From Nematocida ausubeli (Eukaryota), in NCBI RefSeq assembly GCF_000738915.1, contig NW_026515634.1, forward strand, positions 723,156 to 787,155: a stretch of DNA of 64,000 nucleotides. The letters run 5' to 3'. The notes beneath the pieces were generated by a model, which saw only the letters and a list, made by a program, of their open reading frames with translations, was not told where the DNA came from and did not search any database. Each line of letters begins with the position of its first letter. Positions within the stretch are counted from its first letter, which is position 1. This document shows positions 11,327 through 21,354 of the stretch, in pieces. The position numbers and the translations under genes are program-made.

Positions 11327-12364
11327 ATGAAAGAAGAAGACAGAGAGAAGACAAGAAATCACAAGGAAAAATGGAATAATTTAGGACTAAGAACTGGGCT
11401 GTCAGTTATTTTAATAGGTGGTTTTGCAGTTCTTGTGAAAATGGGAAGATCCTTCCTTATTGGATTCATTATTCTTCTGAGTGGGATAGTGTTTTATGAA
11501 GTTTTAAGGGTTTTTATGCAAATTAGGAGTATATGGAGTATTAAGAGGATATTTTCAACAGGTAGTGAGGAGACAAAGAAAGGAGGCAATCTACCAATTG
11601 GTTTCTTTTGGGGTTGCTTTTTTTTGATTTCTTTAATGAATTACAGCAAGGTTTTATTTCCAGGAAGGTACAGGGTGGTTTACCACGTGATGATGTGGCT
11701 GCAATTTGCATGGATATTGTGGTTTGTGCATTTATTAAGGGGTGGTTCTTATCGGATGAAAATATTTCACCTGTCAATGGTGCTAATGACAATTTTAGGC
11801 TTAATGAAATGCACAGAAGCAGCAATTAATAACGTAAACAGAGGCATCAGGTGGTTTGTCTATCCGTGCCTGCTTGTTGCCATAAATGACACATTTGCGT
11901 ACCTTGTGGGAAAGCACCTTGGGCAAACACCGTTGACAAAACTAAGCCCAAAAAAGACGGTTGAAGGCTTCCTAGGGGGAGGCATTGCTACTGTACTTTT
12001 GGCTATTCCAACGGCAAGAATGGTTCAGCTAGGGATGTGCTATAAAAGAAGGATGGAGCCATTTGATGCGCTGTCACTGGCTGTTTTGGCTTCTGTTATA
12101 GCGCCAATTGGAGGGATACTCGCAAGTGGATACAAAAGAGCCTTTAATGCAAAGCACTTCAGCCGGATACTTCCTGGCCACGGGGGAATATCTGACAGAA
12201 TAGATTGCCAATTAATTATGCAGTTAGTAAGTAATATGTACCTGGCTGGAATATCAAGAAAACAAACACTGAAGGGTTTTGTTCAGGAAATAAACATAAA
12301 TCTATCACAGAGTGAGAAATTAGAGTTAGTTAAGCTATTGGTCATCTCATACAGCAAGGAATGA
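11327..12364 (+). CDS. CDS1: Phosphatidate cytidylyltransferase
   Basis: Motifs NDTFAYLVG, LSPKKTVEGFLGG, SGYKRAF and PGHGGISDRIDCQ. Confidence 0.93.
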   Translation: MKEEDREKTRNHKEKWNNLGLRTGLSVILIGGFAVLVKMGRSFLIGFIILLSGIVFYEVLRVFMQIRSIWSIKRIFSTGSEETKKGGNLPIGFFWGCFFLISLMNYSKVLFPGRYRVVYHVMMWLQFAWILWFVHLLRGGSYRMKIFHLSMVLMTILGLMKCTEAAINNVNRGIRWFVYPCLLVAINDTFAYLVGKHLGQTPLTKLSPKKTVEGFLGGGIATVLLAIPTARMVQLGMCYKRRMEPFDALSLAVLASVIAPIGGILASGYKRAFNAKHFSRILPGHGGISDRIDCQLIMQLVSNMYLAGISRKQTLKGFVQEININLSQSEKLELVKLLVISYSKE

Positions 12365-12615
12365 ATATTCAGTGGGATACGCCCAGAGAATAAACATACT
12401 GAAGTATCCCCCTGGGAGAATAGGCATATGCTTACTTTAGAATTGTAAGAGTCCCAAAAAACACCATAAGAACCCACAGAATTAACATAAAATACAGGAA
12501 TATGCGTAAAATACGCATATCATCAATATAATCATCTATTATTATATAAATCTCCATGAAACAGAACAACTTTAATCTGTAATAATAAAATATTTTATTC
12601 ACCAGAAAATCTAAA

Positions 12616-12846
12616 ATGTCCCCAGAAGACACCCAGAAAGCAGCAGAAGACTGCGGATGCGCAGATGACACACCATGCACAAGTGAATATTTGCAGGCAT
12701 ACGAGTGCTTTTTGAAGAACCCAAAAAATCCCTCAAGTGACTGCATGGCAAAAATATCCGCCATGAAGGAGTGCTACATAAAAAGAGAAAAACAAGAGAG
12801 CATCTGGTCAGTCAGAAATATATTCAGAAGATTCCTAAATAAATAA
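12616..12846 (+). CDS. Twin CX9C protein, Mia40-like
   Basis: Cysteine pattern CGC-x5-C-x9-C-x11-C-x9-C. Confidence 0.6.
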   Translation: MSPEDTQKAAEDCGCADDTPCTSEYLQAYECFLKNPKNPSSDCMAKISAMKECYIKREKQESIWSVRNIFRRFLNK

Positions 12847-13077
12847 GCCAATAACTGCCTGAATCGCAAAGTAGACACATAATAAGGAGATATATGGGGA
12901 AAGTCTCTCACCAACTACTGTTCCTATTGAAATAATTCGTACAAAAAACGATGCATCATCCTTTGCAGCAAGGGATTTCTTAAATTCCTGTGGGAAGTAT
13001 GGCTTAAGGTACGTTGTAGTGCATGCAAATAGCACAAGAACCTTAACCATTGCACTAAAGTTCAATAAAGCCGTCAT
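12835..13077 (-). CDS. KSH1: Protein Kish (Ksh1/TMEM167)
   Basis: MTALLNFSAMVKVLVLFACTTTY...VGERLSPYISLLC; ATG at 13077. Confidence 0.85.
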   Translation of the reverse strand: MTALLNFSAMVKVLVLFACTTTYLKPYFPQEFKKSLAAKDDASFFVRIISIGTVVGERLSPYISLLCVYFAIQAVIGLFI

Positions 13078-13199
13078 AAATAAATAAAAGCAGAAAATAA
13101 ATGAATAATAACCCAAATTAAGCCAGAATATACTAGAAGAGACAAGAGAGTGGAAATATTGTGGGTTTATGGGAATTTGGGATATTTCGAGTTATATGA

Positions 13200-13495
13200 G
13201 CTGAAATATGACTGAAATTACTTAAATTATGCTTAAAACTTCTTAAATTATACTTAAATTATACCATATACTACTTAAAATACGCTTAAAACTACTTAAA
13301 ATCCATCCAAAATCAGTTAAAACTACTTAAATTATACCATATACTACTTGAAATTACTTAAAATATACCATATACTAATTAAAATCACTTTAAACTACTT
13401 AAATTATACCATATACTAATTAAAACCATTTAAAATCACTTAAACTATGACTAAACTATGACTAAAACCACTTAAAATATACCATATACTAAGTA
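13200..13495. repeat. 10-11 bp periodic AT-rich repeat (TACTTAAA.. / TACCATATAC)
   Basis: TTAAA starts at 13222, 13233, 13243, 13254, 13275, 13286, 13296, 13317, 13327 and onward. Confidence 0.85.
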
Positions 13496-13504
13496 AACCC
13501 CCAT

Positions 13505-13810
13505 TTATTTGAACTTCTTAATAATATATCCATATACTAAGTGAGTAGGTATATACGTAGTTGCTTCTTTGTTCTCCAGTGTAATATATTGCATGGTCAT
13601 TCTGGTTATTTTTCCAGTTGAATTATTTATGGAGACTGAGTCACCCACTGAAACTGGCAAATTAAACAGAACAGAAGAAGACTTAGCCATATCCAGAAGG
13701 ACAGGCTTATAAGAATTAAGAATACCAGATCTCCCATCTAGCAAGGATATCCCTGCTACAGCAGAGAGTATAGGCATTTTAGCACTAAAGGAACCAAAGA
13801 GATTTTTCAT
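13505..13810 (-). CDS. Small MscS-family mechanosensitive channel-like protein
   Basis: LFNLPVSVGDSVSINNSTGKITRMTMQYITL...TYIPT matches the MscS beta domain; first ATG at 13810. Confidence 0.7.
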   Translation of the reverse strand: MKNLFGSFSAKMPILSAVAGISLLDGRSGILNSYKPVLLDMAKSSSVLFNLPVSVGDSVSINNSTGKITRMTMQYITLENKEATTYIPTHLVYGYIIKKFK

Positions 13811-14186
13811 GGAAGAATTCAAAAAAGAAATTAAAAGAGCACTTTCCAACAGAGAGACACAGAAGAGAGAAATAAGACAGGCAGAAATACTTAGAATAGT
13901 CAGGGAAAGGACAAAGTACGTATATAATCAGTTTAAAAGGCAAGAAATAACAGAGAAACAGATGGGTGAAATTGCAAGAACAGAAGGTGCATACTTCCCT
14001 TTAATAAAGAGATGGAAAGAGTCAGAAGAAAAAGGAGAAAATAGATTGATTTGTTGCCTTCTTTGCATAAGAAATGGGAAAAGATGCATATGCAGGCGGG
14101 TACCAGGGATACCCTGCATAAATTGTTTGTGCTCTGGGGAGTGCATGGTTAAGCATGGGAATACCACGGATGAACATGGGAAATAG
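13809..14186 (+). CDS. BUD31: Bud31/G10 splicing-associated zinc protein
   Basis: RTKYVY, LIKRWK, CCLLCI..CICR...CINCLCSG reproduce the G10 cysteine pattern. Confidence 0.8.
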   Translation: MEEFKKEIKRALSNRETQKREIRQAEILRIVRERTKYVYNQFKRQEITEKQMGEIARTEGAYFPLIKRWKESEEKGENRLICCLLCIRNGKRCICRRVPGIPCINCLCSGECMVKHGNTTDEHGK

Positions 14187-14264
14187 TAGAGTTCTAAGGG
14201 GGGAGTATTGTAAAGAGAATTATTTCTAGAGGGAAAAGTTATTTATCTGTAAAGATACACAAAA

Positions 14265-14575
14265 CGTATAAAAATCAGTTAGTTTTATCTGTAAAACACA
14301 GGCAAAATCCGTTATCTCTAGTCATAAAACATAGGTAAAATCAATTATTCCTAACCATAAAATATATAAAAAACCCGTTATTTCTAACCATAAAACACAG
14401 GTAAAACCCGTTATTTCTCTCTAAAATATATAAAACCCGTTATCTCTAACCATGAAATATATAAAACCCGTTAGTTTTAGTCATAAAACACATATAAAAC
14501 CCGTTACTTCTAACCACAAAATATATAAAACCGTTACTTCTCTCTAACTACAAAATATACAAACTCGTTATTTAT
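14265..14575. repeat. Minisatellite of ~29-34 bp units with an AAAACCCGTTA core
   Basis: Core copies near 14309, 14342, 14375, 14408, 14437, 14468, 14501, 14531 and 14565. Confidence 0.85.
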
Positions 14576-14642
14576 TTACTCTAAATAATCAACTAAATAA
14601 GACCAAATAAACGAATTCTTCACTCTAAATATCTCAAGGCAC

Positions 14643-16412
14643 CTACATATCCATAATAGCCTTGAATAGATTCCCAGAGAAGTCAAACCTGTAAGAGAAA
14701 GAGACAAATTCCTTCTTTTTCTCACTATCTAGTCTATCTGCACTAAGATATTCCCGTCCTACAACAGCTGCATCTTTCCTTCTGTCTGCCTTTGCAGTAA
14801 CTGACTTATCCTTTATGTTGTACTTTATAATATGCACACAACTAGAGATAGTATCTTCATCATCCCTTAGTACTAACCAATTCACACCCATTTTAGGCAA
14901 AGTACTAGTATACTTTCCTTCTACCTTTATTGTACGCCCGCCTTGATAGTGCAATCTAGGCGTATCAATTGCCTTATCAATAGGATCATCACACAAGAAT
15001 ATCCTGGCAACCGTAGATATAATAGCAGTAGGAATTCTTATACCCCCAGACCCCCCAATAATATATAAGTCATTATCCCGTTTGATAATTGAGGGCATAG
15101 CAGATGAAAGTGGCTGTTTATATGGTTTTATTTGATTTACAGTACTTCCTGTTAGTTTTATACCACTGTACGTTGCAAAGTCAGAGAAAGTGAAATCATC
15201 AATTTGATTGTTCAGAATGATTCCAGTGACAGGATCCATTAAACCAGAACCCCAGTACTGATTAATAGTAGATGTCAGTGCAACTATCATTCCGTCTTTA
15301 TCAATTATATTTATATGGGTTGTCCCATGGTCTTCTACTACACTATTCTTATTAGGAGAGAAAGGACTACTTCCAATGATACTCTGAAGGAGAGTGTCTG
15401 CTACTGTTCTATTTTGGAGGTGAATTTGAAGACTATTTGTGTTTGCTTGTTCATCCTGGAGATCTTCTAATTCTGTCCTAATAGAATATAGTTCGTTATA
15501 TATCCTGATTAAGTAGCTTTGCAGGAGTTCTTCTGATGGAGTACTTGTTGTCTTTATGTGTTCTAGTATATATGCTGCTAGTCTAAGCATATATCCTGTG
15601 GTAGGTAGTGTTGTCGTATATATTTCTGTCTTATTTACTATTTCTGGGAATACTTCCTTCCTAGTGACTTGCTGCTGGCTTAATTCTTCCGGCAGGATGA
15701 CTGTTCCTTCTGAGTTAATGAATTCCAGGAGACTCTTGGAGATTTCACCTGTGAAGAAGCTACTTGGATCTCTACTTATTTCCTTCAAGGTTCTTGCTAA
15801 ATTACGCCTTTGCAATAAGTCATTTTCCTGAAGTATTTTTCCATTTCTTGTATATGCTTCATATAGTCCTCTGTCATTTAGTATTTTTCCCTGAAATTCT
15901 TTTAATTTCTGTGCTAGTACTCTGGGTACAAGAAAGCCATCTTCCAGGATCTTAATTATTTCTGGGAAAAGATCTTCCCATGGGAGAATACCAAAGTCCG
16001 TATGTACTGCAATTAGTCCCATTAGTTCACTAGGTACTGCAATTGACTTCCTGCCTGCACTGGAGTCTTCTTTGTTTTTGTAATTATTTGCATTAGCAGA
16101 GGCTGGTGCCCTCTCCCGGAAATTGTACTCAAAGCACTTTCCATCTGGGATTTTCACTAAAAGGAAACCACCTCCCCCTAGGCCAGATGCAAATGCATTC
16201 ATAGCCCCTACAGCAATTGCTGTTGTAACGGCTGCATCTACTGCATTACCACCTTTCTCCATAATTTTATATCCACATTCTGCAGCCAGTTTTAAATCTG
16301 AGGTTACAACAGGCAGAGTGTATTTTCCCAGATACCCACTCATAAATAGACTAAAATAGATATAAAATACCCCTGTCTGGAATATCTTTCCCTTCACTCC
16401 CTTCCACTTCAT
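14643..16412 (-). CDS. Gamma-glutamyltranspeptidase
   Basis: GGNAVDAAV, SGLGGGGF, NFRERAP, autocatalytic Thr motif HGTTHINIIDKDG, LNNQIDDF, PLSSAMP; N-terminal hydrophobic anchor. Confidence 0.95.
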   Translation of the reverse strand: MKWKGVKGKIFQTGVFYIYFSLFMSGYLGKYTLPVVTSDLKLAAECGYKIMEKGGNAVDAAVTTAIAVGAMNAFASGLGGGGFLLVKIPDGKCFEYNFRERAPASANANNYKNKEDSSAGRKSIAVPSELMGLIAVHTDFGILPWEDLFPEIIKILEDGFLVPRVLAQKLKEFQGKILNDRGLYEAYTRNGKILQENDLLQRRNLARTLKEISRDPSSFFTGEISKSLLEFINSEGTVILPEELSQQQVTRKEVFPEIVNKTEIYTTTLPTTGYMLRLAAYILEHIKTTSTPSEELLQSYLIRIYNELYSIRTELEDLQDEQANTNSLQIHLQNRTVADTLLQSIIGSSPFSPNKNSVVEDHGTTHINIIDKDGMIVALTSTINQYWGSGLMDPVTGIILNNQIDDFTFSDFATYSGIKLTGSTVNQIKPYKQPLSSAMPSIIKRDNDLYIIGGSGGIRIPTAIISTVARIFLCDDPIDKAIDTPRLHYQGGRTIKVEGKYTSTLPKMGVNWLVLRDDEDTISSCVHIIKYNIKDKSVTAKADRRKDAAVVGREYLSADRLDSEKKKEFVSFSYRFDFSGNLFKAIMDM

Positions 16413-16484
16413 TTTATTTATTTTTTATTTATTATTATTATGGAAAAGCCTTCAGAGATTTAGTGCGAAATATTTTTTAATTTT

Positions 16485-17990
16485 ATGGCAGAGCTGCTTA
16501 AACCAGGAGCAACCCAAGAGAAAGCAGATGAAGCAAGAACTTCCTTCTTAGTAGGTGCAATTACAGTGTCAAATATGGTTAAAAGTACACTAGGTCCCAG
16601 GGGTATGTTGAAATTATTGTACTCCCAGAATGGCCAGCCTATTATAACGAATGACGGTGCTACTGTCTTGAAGAATATTCTACCTTCTGGGGCATCTTCA
16701 AAGATCCTCATAAATTCAGCAAAGGAGCATGGGGAGAAGGAAGGAGATGGGACTACTACACTGACAGTTCTAACGGGAGGATTATTGCATGAAGCAGACA
16801 AGCTTATTTTCAATGGGTATCACCCGTATAAGATAATGGGAGAGTACAGGAGTGCACACAAACAAGCCATAGACCTTCTGAGGAGTTTGACTCTGAAGGA
16901 AAATCAGGCAGATAGATTATCTCTTGCTAAGACAACACTTTCTTCAAAGTTCTCACCGATTGAGCTGGAGGCACTGAGTAACTTGGCTATTTCTGCGGCT
17001 AGCAAGATAGAAGGGTCCTTGGAGATGCTTAATATCATAAAGGTAGAAGGCGGTGAGGTGGGTGATTCTTATGTGCACCCAGGCCTATTATTAGAGTGTG
17101 ATGTAGGACCAGGCCAGAAAGAGTCTTTTGATGAGCCGCGTGTGCTTATAATTAATACAAGCCTGGACACGGACAAGGTTAAAATATTCGGGGCAAAGGC
17201 ATCTGTCTCTTCGCCTGCTGAGCTGGAGAAGTTGGAGGCAGCAGAGACCCTAAGGATGCGAAACAAGGTGGAGAGCATTGCCAGATATGCAGATGTAATT
17301 GTAAACAGACAGATTATATACGACTATCCCACACAGGAATTTACAAGACATGGTAAAATATCAATAGAAAGGGCTGATTTCACAGGTGTAGAGATGCTTG
17401 CTAAGGTACTCCATGGGAGAATTCTTAGTACGTTTGATAATGTATCTGATGGGGATATTGGCAGGTGCAGCAGATTTGAGAAAGTGAAGATCCAAGGGAG
17501 GTCATTTTGTTCCTTTACGGGTGGTCTGAAGGATGGAGCATGCACCGTGGTAATTAGGGGGTCATCCCAGGAGATACAGGAGGAGTGCGAGAGGTCCCTG
17601 GTGGGGGCGATAAAGGTCCTGGTGAAAACCAAAGATGAGTACGTGTGCGGGGGAGGCAGTGCAGAAGCTGCAGTTGCACAGATGCTGCAGCCAAAGACAG
17701 AAGGAGAGAGAGCATATGCCAGAGCCCTTTTGGACGTGACACGGGCCCTGGCTGAGAATGCAGGTATCCCAGCGGATGACTTGCTTGATGCGCTGGCTGT
17801 GAAGAATGCCCAGGGCGTGCACACATTTGGTGTGGGGCCAGATGGGGCAGTGTGTATGGAAGCAGCAGGTGTCCGGGAGTCCTTGCGTCTTAAGGAGATC
17901 GTATGGAGCAAAGCCGCAGAGACAGCAGAGGTACTTTTAAGGTGCGATGGAAACATAAAGTGCAGGCCCCGGGAAAGAGTCCATGAGTAG
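16485..17990 (+). CDS. CCT2: Chaperonin CCT/TRiC beta subunit
   Basis: STLGPRGM, TNDGATVLK, GDGTTT, plus the beta-type motifs LDTDKVKIFGA and NRQIIYDYP. Confidence 0.92.
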   Translation: MAELLKPGATQEKADEARTSFLVGAITVSNMVKSTLGPRGMLKLLYSQNGQPIITNDGATVLKNILPSGASSKILINSAKEHGEKEGDGTTTLTVLTGGLLHEADKLIFNGYHPYKIMGEYRSAHKQAIDLLRSLTLKENQADRLSLAKTTLSSKFSPIELEALSNLAISAASKIEGSLEMLNIIKVEGGEVGDSYVHPGLLLECDVGPGQKESFDEPRVLIINTSLDTDKVKIFGAKASVSSPAELEKLEAAETLRMRNKVESIARYADVIVNRQIIYDYPTQEFTRHGKISIERADFTGVEMLAKVLHGRILSTFDNVSDGDIGRCSRFEKVKIQGRSFCSFTGGLKDGACTVVIRGSSQEIQEECERSLVGAIKVLVKTKDEYVCGGGSAEAAVAQMLQPKTEGERAYARALLDVTRALAENAGIPADDLLDALAVKNAQGVHTFGVGPDGAVCMEAAGVRESLRLKEIVWSKAAETAEVLLRCDGNIKCRPRERVHE

Positions 17991-18972
17991 TGGGCTTACT
18001 ATTAATTATAAGAGCAATTAAATTAGTCAAGAAATACTTATTATCTACAGATTTTCTGCTATATTTTATCTTGCCTGAAGACACTTGGATATTCTGCCTG
18101 CAGATCTGCAATTAAAGAGGGATATGTATCTGGGGGAGTGCCAGGCATATGCTGATTTATACGGGTAGAGACACCAGGAGAAAAAAGATTGAAATAGTAT
18201 TGCAGATGGCATATCTAGAAAAAAACATGTCCCTGTGATATTTTGATAAAATTTATCAGATATACGCATAAATATCTAAAAAATGCAAACCTACCGTGGA
18301 AAATCAGAGATCCATCGAAAATGAGTAACCACCTTAAAATATCTTTATTTACTGTCTAGATGCATTATACTGTGCAGTTTGCAAGTATATTTATAAATAT
18401 ATAGGTATTATCCCATTGTATGCGATAAATATATGGTCTTTCTTCTTTCTATGTCATTTTCAGTGGAAATATGGGCTTCTGTGAGTCATTACCTCATGTA
18501 GACCCAGAATAACCAAATACCCTACCCAACTGTCTCAATATACCCCTATATAGTATCTAAAACATCACCTATTTATACAAGTTTTTTACAAATTTCAACT
18601 ACTCCTGCTTTCTTTGCTATCTTCAGATAAATTGCTTGAAGTATTTTCATATTATTCCTATTAGCTCTGGCTCTTTTAACATACTCATAATTGGTTTCTT
18701 CATCTTTCCTTGGTGTTTTATCTTAGAGCATGTGTGACCCAGACAACCCCAGACATGTAAATAACGACTAAAAATAGTATTATAAAGCATCTTAGCTTCA
18801 CCGCATCCTCACGAGACGCCATTATATGCAGATTATTCAATGTATTACTTATAAATAGTCTAATTATCAAGTAGATCATAGCGAATTAATTGAATTCAAC
18901 TTATAGTGAGATATATCGTGTGATATCGTGTGATATAGGGATATAACCGTATGCAGATGGCGTTGGGATGAA

Positions 18973-19200
18973 GTGTATTATATTTTGTCGGTTTAGGATA
19001 ATGTGGATTAAGTCCTGGCATTTTTATAAAAAGTGTATTAAGTCTTGTCACTCTTCCATAAGTCTTGACAAAGTGGCATAAGTTCTGTCATTTTTATAAA
19101 AAGTGCATTAAGTCTTGTCACTCTTCCATAAGTCCTGACAAAGTGTATTAAGTCTTGTCACTCTGCCATAAGTCTTGGCAAAGTGCATTAAGTCTTGTTT
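18973..19200 (+). repeat. Phased array of the GTG(G/T/C)ATTAAGTCTTGTCA motif
   Basis: About 10 copies at 18973, 19003, 19033, 19053, 19073, 19103, 19123, 19143, 19163 and 19183 (20 or 30 bp spacing). Confidence 0.9.
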
Positions 19201-19611
19201 TGTCTAATTTTCCCAATAATTACATGTATAAGTCTACATATACCTTATACACGCCCATATATCCTCTTAAATAAATTCCCTTTGTCTAATATACAATATA
19301 TACGTATTCTTCCTTAAATATACTAATTCTGCACTAAAGTATCTGGAAATTAATTAGTCAGAATTATCACGTATGATTAATAAATATATTCTGGAAATAT
19401 ACCATAAATAAATGTGATATCCTTGTGGTATATAAATACAGACAAAAAATAAACCACAGGGATAGAAATATCCCTCACAAAAAAATGAAAAAACTAAAAA
19501 ATGAACATAACGGTCAATTAGAAAACAAAAACAAGAAAACAAATCAAAACTAAAAACAAAAACCAACCGCATTTTAATTAATTAATAAAAATAACGACAT
19601 TTTAATAAAAA

Positions 19612-20367
19612 TCACTCTTTAACTATTTTCACACGCTTCACAACAGAATGAGAATAAGCCTTAATAGTACTAAGCACAACAAGAATGAATATGCAACAAA
19701 ATAATACAGAAATAATTCTATTCTTAATATGCGACCCAAATACAGATATTTCACCTATTTCAGCAACGCACTTATTAGAGCCCGTTGTAATATAGTCCAT
19801 TGCCACATCCAGCCTATCAATCTTATCAGATTGTGAAATTACAACGGTTTTTAGTTCTCTAATTAATTCTGTTATAATATGCACAGATTTATATACGGCA
19901 TCAATTCCCGTTGTATCTTTATGCATCTGTATATGCTTAGTCTGTATTTTTTCAATTTCCTGCAGAGATATATGCATTCTTTTAATTAAGGTGTCAATTT
20001 TATACTGGAAATGTATGGAAATTGACTCTACTAGGCCGTGATTTATGGATTTATGGAATTTCTGTGAGAAATAGTCTAAGGCTGCCCTGGCCTTAGTCAG
20101 GATTACTGTTATATTCTGCTTATTTTCTTCAATTTTATCAATTATCTGTGACTTAGATGTGAATCTGGGGATGGAATATTTTATGCACTCTTTTTCAACG
20201 GAAATTATTAATTCTTCCAGTTGTATTAGGCTATTTGAGATCCTGCTGAACAAAAATTGCACTTCTGTTTTCTCTTTTATCTTGATTTTCTCGTATAAAA
20301 TTACCCTTTTCTTCTTTAATTCTTCACTTCTGTTGCGCATTCTTGGGTGTTTGTTTGTTTCGTGCAT
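19612..20367 (-). CDS. Syntaxin-family Qa-SNARE (Tlg2/STX16-like)
   Basis: SNARE motif ITELIRELKTVVISQSDKIDRLD followed by a C-terminal transmembrane helix. Confidence 0.8.
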   Translation of the reverse strand: MHETNKHPRMRNRSEELKKKRVILYEKIKIKEKTEVQFLFSRISNSLIQLEELIISVEKECIKYSIPRFTSKSQIIDKIEENKQNITVILTKARAALDYFSQKFHKSINHGLVESISIHFQYKIDTLIKRMHISLQEIEKIQTKHIQMHKDTTGIDAVYKSVHIITELIRELKTVVISQSDKIDRLDVAMDYITTGSNKCVAEIGEISVFGSHIKNRIISVLFCCIFILVVLSTIKAYSHSVVKRVKIVKE

Positions 20368-20541
20368 GTTTTGTGGTTGTTTTGTGTTTTATGGTTGATT
20401 TTTGGTTGTTATTGAGGGTTTCAGGTAATATATTTTGACAGCATATTACCATACTAGGAAATAAGATTCCATATTAGGAAATTCCACATTAGGAAATAAT
20501 ACGTTATATTTTATTTTTATTCATTAATAATACGTTATAAT

Positions 20542-20780
20542 TAGTCTATACATATATACTTATTATTTATCACTTGCTTAGTATATTTTATATACAGGAT
20601 AGTCTACATTATATACGTGATATACATATTAGTATATTTTATATACAGGATAGTCTACATTATATACAGGATATATTGCTTAGTCTACATTATATACGTG
20701 ATATACATATTAGTCAGGTTTATATACAGGATAGTCTACATTATATACAGCATGCACTCCCTTAGTCTATTTTATATACA
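20542..20780 (+). repeat. Phased array of the TAGTCTACATTATATAC motif
   Basis: Copies at 20579, 20600, 20630, 20651, 20681, 20711, 20732 and 20763. Confidence 0.9.
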
Positions 20781-20784
20781 CAAA

Positions 20785-20915
20785 TATATCTCTCCAATGG
20801 TCCCCCCTTGTATCCTCTATATTCCCAATACCTCCAATGGTCCCCCCTTACATCCCTCTCATAAATATAATATAAGGGGGTACCCTTACAGACCCTCTTT
20901 TTCCCGTATATATTT
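20785..20915 (-). repeat. Left arm of an inverted repeat (partner at 24015-24195)
   Basis: Its reverse complement TATATACGGGAAAAAGAGGGTCTGTAAGGGT..CCCCTT..ATTATATTTATGAGAGGGATGTAAGGG matches from 24020 onward. Confidence 0.9.
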
Positions 20916-20920
20916 ACTAT

Positions 20921-21220
20921 TTATTTATAATTTTCTTCTATAAAACTATTATAATATTCATCATATGATGTGATTGTAATATGTTTATCATCTGTATCTG
21001 GCTGTATATTTATATTTATATCTGTCTTATTTTGTCTTAATCTCTTATCTTTTGCTCTTTTATTTTGGAACCATATTTGGACTGTTCTAATTGGAATATT
21101 AAAGTCCTTTGAGATTTCCTTACGCAGGATATTATTTGGCTTTTGGTTTTGTTCGTATACGGCGGACAGGAATTTAGTTTGCGTTGTAGTTAGTCTGGGT
21201 CTTTTTATTTTTTTGTCCAT
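20921..21220 (-). CDS. Small homeodomain protein (Q50)
   Basis: KRPRLTTTQTKFL...KPNNILRKEIS...VQIWFQNKRAKDKR. Confidence 0.93.
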   Translation of the reverse strand: MDKKIKRPRLTTTQTKFLSAVYEQNQKPNNILRKEISKDFNIPIRTVQIWFQNKRAKDKRLRQNKTDININIQPDTDDKHITITSYDEYYNSFIEENYK

Positions 21221-21354
21221 CCTGTGGGAATCTCTTAATTATTTATTTATAGGCTGGGGATCATAGTGATTTCACCTGGATTTAATAGAGTGCTCACAGT
21301 ATTATGTATATATTAAGGAGGCCAGGAAATATGTGAAAAATAGGTTAATTATAA

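Noticed and set aside
17500..17990. GC-richer 3' part of CCT2 with long antisense ORFs
   Set aside because: The protein is continuous chaperonin. Antisense ORFs are expected where stop codons are scarce, and nothing indicates foreign origin.
20574..20943. Repetitive Tyr/Ile-rich ORFs
   Set aside because: They are translations of the non-coding phased repeat.
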